Shown piece after piece: positions 56,196-64,000 of a stretch of 64,000 nt of DNA. Each line of letters begins with the position of its first letter. Position 1 is the first letter of the stretch. A program made the position numbers and the translations under genes. The notes beneath the pieces were generated by a model. That model was not told where the DNA came from. It worked only from the letters and a program-made list of their open reading frames with translations, and searched no databases. Origin of the DNA: Octopus vulgaris. Its lineage: Eukaryota. The stretch covers positions 45,880,001-45,944,000 of the forward strand of contig OX597832.1 in assembly GCA_951406725.2 (NCBI GenBank), written 5' to 3'.

Positions 56196-56428
56196 ACAAT
56201 GTGTAGCAGGAAGCTGTTACAGCCTCTACATCTCATACGAACATTTTCATGAATATCATTAGCGGTTTAATCAGCTTGTGCAAATTTCCGAAGATGTAAA
56301 ACCGTGTTAAATCATAAAGAAAATTAACATTTATCCTATAATAAAGTACCACTTACCTCTGTGTTACGAATTATGAGTTGCTGTTTTCGTCATAGATAAA
56401 GTCGTAAAAACAGGATTCTGATGTGCAT

Positions 56429-56484
<56 letters not shown>

Positions 56485-56752
56485 TGGATGATGATAACAT
56501 AAGCAAAACGCATAATATTAAAAAAACATTTTATTCTATCATTTTATACATATTTTGTTTCAGTTTCATTTTGAAACAAGGTGATACGCTTTAGATATGG
56601 GAGTAAAATAAATGCTTGTGTTTTAATTGATTGTTGTTTTTTATTTCCTTAGATATTTAATTTACTTTTTTGATAAAGGGAATTAAAAAGTAAGATAATA
56701 CAAACCAATAAAATGTAACTTTCTTTAAAAAATTATATACATGCACACACAC

Positions 56753-56838
<86 letters not shown>

Positions 56839-56841
<3 letters not shown>

Positions 56842-57059
56842 CTGGCAGAAACGTTAGCACGCTGGGCGAAATGCGTAGCCGTATTTCGTCTGCCGTTACG
56901 TTCTAAGTTCAAATTCCGCCGAGGTCGACTTTGCCTTTCATCCTTTCGGGGTCGATAAATTAAGTACCAGTTACGTACTGGGGGTTGATATAATCTACTT
57001 AATCCGTTTGTCTGTCCTTGTTTGTCCCCTCTGTGTTTGGCCCCTTGTGGGTAGTAAAG

Positions 57060-57062
<3 letters not shown>
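56839..57062 (+). mobile_element. SINE group B inserted in (TA)n
   Basis: Near-full group B match with (TA)n on both sides. Confidence 0.9.
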
Positions 57063-57106
<44 letters not shown>

Positions 57107-57107
57107 G

Positions 57108-57151
<44 letters not shown>

Positions 57152-57153
57152 TG

Positions 57154-57197
<44 letters not shown>

Positions 57198-57320
57198 TAC
57201 ATATGTATATATGTAGGTCCCGGGTTGAGTCGGGGTTAACCACAGTAAATAAGGTACTCAATACATGGCAGAGTAAATTAATTTCTAGTCCTGTAGAAGC
57301 TCCTTCTATAAATACATATG

Positions 57321-57396
<76 letters not shown>

Positions 57397-57690
57397 TGCA
57401 TGTATGTATGTATTTATGTATGCATGTATTTATGTACATGTATTTATGCATGTATATAGGTATACATATATATGAATATATATATACATACACATATATG
57501 TATATATACAGAAATACGCATAAAAATATCTGTATACCTTCATAGTCATTAAACTAAAACCAACAAAATCAATAAGTACATAAAGGAATAATCTCTTGAA
57601 ACTAATACCTGGCAGCGCCATTATTTAAAACACAGCTTCAACCTTTAAGATTAGATTTTACTGTTTCCACTCTTGCAAAAATTACACGTA

Positions 57691-57725
<35 letters not shown>

Positions 57726-57739
57726 ATTATTATTATCAT

Positions 57740-57789
<50 letters not shown>

Positions 57790-58335
57790 ATATATTGTTT
57801 TCAATGAATTTCTAGTAAGCGCTTTTTTTCTCTGTACAGGAACTCACAAAGAGCCACATGCAGTTAGAAAACAAACCTATTTTAAAAATCATGAAACAAG
57901 CCGAGAAACAAATACGAAAGCATGTAGGAAATATATTTCTCTTCTAATGTTCCACGTTATTGTTTGCTGTTACCGATGTTTAGATATATCCTTTTTTTTT
58001 GTCCTTATTTCGTTTTACGCTTTGAATTCGATTTGAACAGTTAAATAAAATGTTGTGTTTTGCTTTGAAATCAATTTAAAGTTTAATTTAGGAAGGTTAC
58101 TTTGACAGTAGAATGCTAAAAACTCGAGGTCAGGAATACGTTTAATGCAAGCATTTCGAACATTTAGTTTGCTAAATATAGATTTTGGGATTTACTGGAT
58201 GTTTTATTCTTATGAACAAACCTAATATTCTAGTACATTTACTGCACTTAATGTGTTATGTGCATCGTATACGATTTTCTCTCTAAAATATTTGCCCAAT
58301 GCGCTTATCGAAAAATCAGTATAAATATATATTTA

Positions 58336-58720
58336 CTTCTTTACTACCCACAGGGGGCTAAACACAGAGGGGACAAACAAGGACAGACAGAGGCATTAAG
58401 TCGATTACATCGACCACAGTGCGTAACTGTTACTTAATTTATCGACCCCGAATGGATGAAAGGCAAAGTCGACCTCGACGGAATTTGAACTCGGAACGTA
58501 ACGACAGACGAAATACGGCTACGCATTTCGCCCGGTGTGCTAACGTTTCTGCCAGCTCAGGCGCAGGCGTGGTTATGTGAAGAAAATGCTTGCTTCCAAA
58601 TCGCATGTTTTGGGGTTAAGTCCCACTACATAGCGCCCTCGGCAGATATCTTTTCACATAGCCACGGGCCTAGGAAAAAATTGTGATTAGATTTGGTAGA
58701 AGGACTTGAAAAAGCCGTGT
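58336..58720. mobile_element. SINE group B (minus, 58336-58558) abutting a diverged group A 5' half (plus, 58559-58720)
   Basis: Head-to-head junction GCCAGCTC|AGGCGCAGGCGTGG. Confidence 0.75.
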
Positions 58721-58949
58721 GTGTATGGGCGGGGTGTCTTTAGTAAATGTGTTGTTCCTCCCTCCACCACTACACTGTATTATATAAGCTATATAATACA
58801 GTTTGAGGAAGTTCCCTTCCTACGCCTGATTCCAGAGATCATGTCTTGGTCGGAAACTTAATAAAAAAAATCTTACAAACCATGCAGACAATGTCCCCTT
58901 CACCAGGAAAAGTATACTCATAGAATCACATTCCCTGTTCGGCGATGTT

Positions 58950-59633
58950 TATGAGAGATGAAACGAAGGAGCAATGCTTCCGTGAAATTCCGTGAAATTC
59001 CGTGGCTGCAACAGTTGTCATGCTTCAAATTACTTACAATGAGACTGCCATGAGCAGAACACAAGTTTACGAGTGGTTTTCACGCTTCATGGTCGATCAC
59101 TGGTCGCTAGAATACCACCCTCGTTCAGGGTGACAATAGACCACTCGAACGAATGAAAACATCATCAAAACTCATGAACTGGTCGCGGAGGACTGTCGCC
59201 GAACAATTGTCGAATTTTGTGATATAACTGGTGTGCCCTGGATCTCCTAGCAATACATTTTGAGCGAGGAAATCCGAATGAAACGAATTGCAGCAAAATT
59301 TGTGCCTCGCTTGCTCACGGGAGATCAAAAGTAGTCACGGCTGAATGCAAGTTGTGAACTGAAAGAACAGTTAGAATTTGATCCGGATCATTTTCGAAGA
59401 TCATCCCTGGTGACGAAGCTGGTGCTACGGAAAGTGCAGAAGTGGAAGACGCGAAGATAAAACGATGAAGGCATCATTTCGCACTGCTCCAGCACAGCTT
59501 CGAACACTTTTCGACCGATGCATTGCTCCAAATGGAGAATAATTTGAATGCAATAAAAATGAAAATATTTTAAGCTGAGTAAATGAAATAATACTGCAAA
59601 GTTACGGTTTCTTTTGGACACCACACCCCTCAT
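58950..59633 (+). mobile_element. Internally deleted mariner element (copy 2, same family as 34075-34920)
   Basis: AMSRTQVYEWFSRF, KRIAAKFVPRLLT and a GDE.WCY-like segment joined directly to the C-terminal region. Ends in CCCCTCATG. Confidence 0.8.
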
Positions 59634-59649
59634 GTGTTTGTGTACGCAC

Positions 59650-59680
<31 letters not shown>

Positions 59681-59889
59681 TGTATGTATGTATGTATGTA
59701 TGTATGCATGTATGTATGTATGTATATCTATCTATCTATCTATCCATCTATCTATCTATCTATCTATCTATATATATATTTATGTGTATATATATATCTA
59801 TATATATATGTGTGTGTGTGTATCTCTCCCTCTCTCTCTCTCTATATATATATATATTTATATAAATTACAGATACATGCATTTACATG

Positions 59890-59951
<62 letters not shown>

Positions 59952-60295
59952 CATATATGTATATATATGTATGCATACATATAAACGTAAACACAATCAT
60001 TGAAGCAAATTTATCATCTGTTACTGGAAAAAATGTCTTTCGTGTTAACTCTGGTATACATAATTTGTCTTTAACATTTCATTTTCTCCCAATCATATTT
60101 GTTAAATATTTGGATGGATTCCAGATATTAATTTTGCACGAAATAAAAAGAGCATGTAAAAGTTGAAAAATGTCAAGACCCTGATCATCAATTAACATTC
60201 ACATTAAATGTAGCCACATCTATACACGTACACAATGCATACACGTATGCGCGCATACATACTTATATGCAAATATACATACATACATACATGAA

Positions 60296-60337
<42 letters not shown>

Positions 60338-60444
60338 CACCCAATATATACGCCCATACATACATGCATACATACATATCTATATATATACGGAAATACA
60401 TACGTATATATATATATACATATGTATATATATATATATATATG

Positions 60445-60496
<52 letters not shown>

Positions 60497-60726
60497 CATA
60501 TAAGTATATGAATTATATATGAATACGTAAGCACATACATTTATATATATATAAATATATATATACATAAATCTCTCTCCCTTTGTGTGTATATATATAT
60601 GTATGTATATATATATATAAATATATATGTATATATATATATTTATATATATGCGTATGTATATAAATAATACACGTATCTATATATAAGTATATAAATA
60701 TATATATACATATACATATATATATA

Positions 60727-60826
<100 letters not shown>

Positions 60827-61203
60827 TACATATACATTTATACACACACGCAAACGTTCTTTGAATGATAGTCGATCATGATATTTTTCTATTTTGGAAA
60901 TATTGACATTTGGTGATATTCCGTTTGATTTCCTGTTTCTTAAAGAAAATTAAACTGATAAAATTAAAGAAAAATTTAAACATAAAATATATGCGTGTAT
61001 ATTTACTTTTGTTATGTAATCTTTTAAATCTATTTGATGTGAATAAAGATAAATCAAAAATGAATACCTATACCCGGAGGCATGGCTGTGTTTAGAAGTT
61101 TGGTTTGTAGACATGAAATTGCGGGTTCCGACCCACTCTGTGGCATTTTGGAGGATAGTTATTCAATATAGTCCCTAGAGGATTTCGCAGAAGGAAACCC
61201 TTT

Positions 61204-61234
<31 letters not shown>

Positions 61235-61408
61235 CATGTGTATTCGTGTGTGGGTTTGTGTGTATGTGTGTGTGTTTGCATTCGTATCAAGCGGTGTTGG
61301 TTTGTTTGCCCCCATCGTAACATCGTGCGTGTCTGTCTCTGTATATAGATATATATATTTGTGTGTATATGTAGGTATGCATTTGTCTGTCTGTCCGTTT
61401 GTCTGTCC

Positions 61409-61445
<37 letters not shown>

Positions 61446-61479
61446 TCTATATATCTATCTATCTATCTATCTATATATG

Positions 61480-61525
<46 letters not shown>

Positions 61526-61533
61526 GTCTACCG

Positions 61534-63169
<1,636 letters not shown>

Positions 63170-63187
63170 ACTATCTATCTATCTATC

Positions 63188-64000
63188 ATCACTGGAGAAG
63201 AACTGGAACGAGATAACGAGTAGGGTGGTCACTCTCGCCCGGCAATGGGCCGAGAGGAAACTGTCCCTAAAAGGTCGAGCGGAGGTGGCGAACACGTACA
63301 TCGCGTCCGTCATCTACTACCGCCTGACCGTCGTACCTTGTCCCGACCCTACCATCACCAAACTACAACGCATCCTCTTTCGCTTTTTGTGGAAAGGATG
63401 CGTCCCGATGGTCAGGCGATCCATTTGCTGTCAACACCCGTTAAAAGGAGGGCTGGGCATGCCGTGGTTGATGATGCGCAGACACGCGCTGAGACTGCGA
63501 CATCTCTGGCTCTATGTAGACGACGGTGAACAGGTGTGGTCGCCGTTTGTGAGGCACGCTTTCCCGCAGCTCGTCTCCATGACCGAACTGCAGTCGTGGA
63601 TCAAAAAGAGGCCGAGGAAGGGCGAATGGCACCGCGAGTGTCGCGTTGCTCTCAAGCAACTCTGCCGTCCTGGGTCGACCTTAAGTGACTTCAACACAAC
63701 CAAAGCATTCTATAGGGGAATAGTGGAGGGGAGGTACGACGACGAGCTCGGGGCGAACCTGGACGTCGACGAGGAGTACCTGACCCGCCTGTTCAGGACG
63801 ACTTTCGGGCCAGGGCCCATGGACAACTTCCAGAGATCCCTGGCCTGGCAGTGCTACCGAGAAGCGCTACCCGTTCGGGATAAGCTCTACAGACACGGCT
63901 CGAGAAACACGGGGCCGACCTGCCCGAGATGCGGTCAGAGCGACGAAACCGTTCTGCACGCACTCGTTCAGTGTCCAACAATTTCCGACCTGTGGGCTTG
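63188..64000 (+). mobile_element. Second 5'-truncated Tx1/L1-clade LINE; ORF2 frame open from 63192 to the window end
   Basis: LEKNWNEITSRVVTLARQWAERKLSLKGRAEVANTYIASVIYY..RFLWKG..KGGLG..CPRCGQSDETVLHALVQC. The LS..GR and KGGLG motifs are typical of L1/Tx1 ORF2. Starts directly after (TATC)n. Confidence 0.9.

Overview
AT-rich eukaryotic non-coding DNA packed with (TA)n, (TATC)n, (TATG)n, (CA)n and (AAT)n microsatellites and interspersed repeats. The repeat content is typical of a cephalopod genome, most likely Octopus (inference; no search run). I recognised no intact host protein-coding gene, rRNA, genuine tRNA or CRISPR array, and almost all listed ORFs are microsatellite artefacts. Supported content: about 30 tRNA-derived SINE copies in at least five groups (my labels A-E), several with target-site duplications (TSDs); four 5'-truncated L1/Tx1-clade LINE pieces, all in (TATC)n tracts; CR1, RTE and Penelope remnants; several Tc1/mariner fossils and MITEs; a non-autonomous Helitron next to its own empty site; two long palindromes; and an 8 x 143 bp tandem array. 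The most interesting signals are (1) a SINE family whose 3' end matches the Tx1 LINE 3' end and which inserts at TAGRTA/TATATA sites, including into itself and as a chimeric dimer, and (2) a dispersed Penelope-type terminal repeat carrying a minimal hammerhead-ribozyme-like fold with a CUGUNGA core variant. All coordinates were read by eye.
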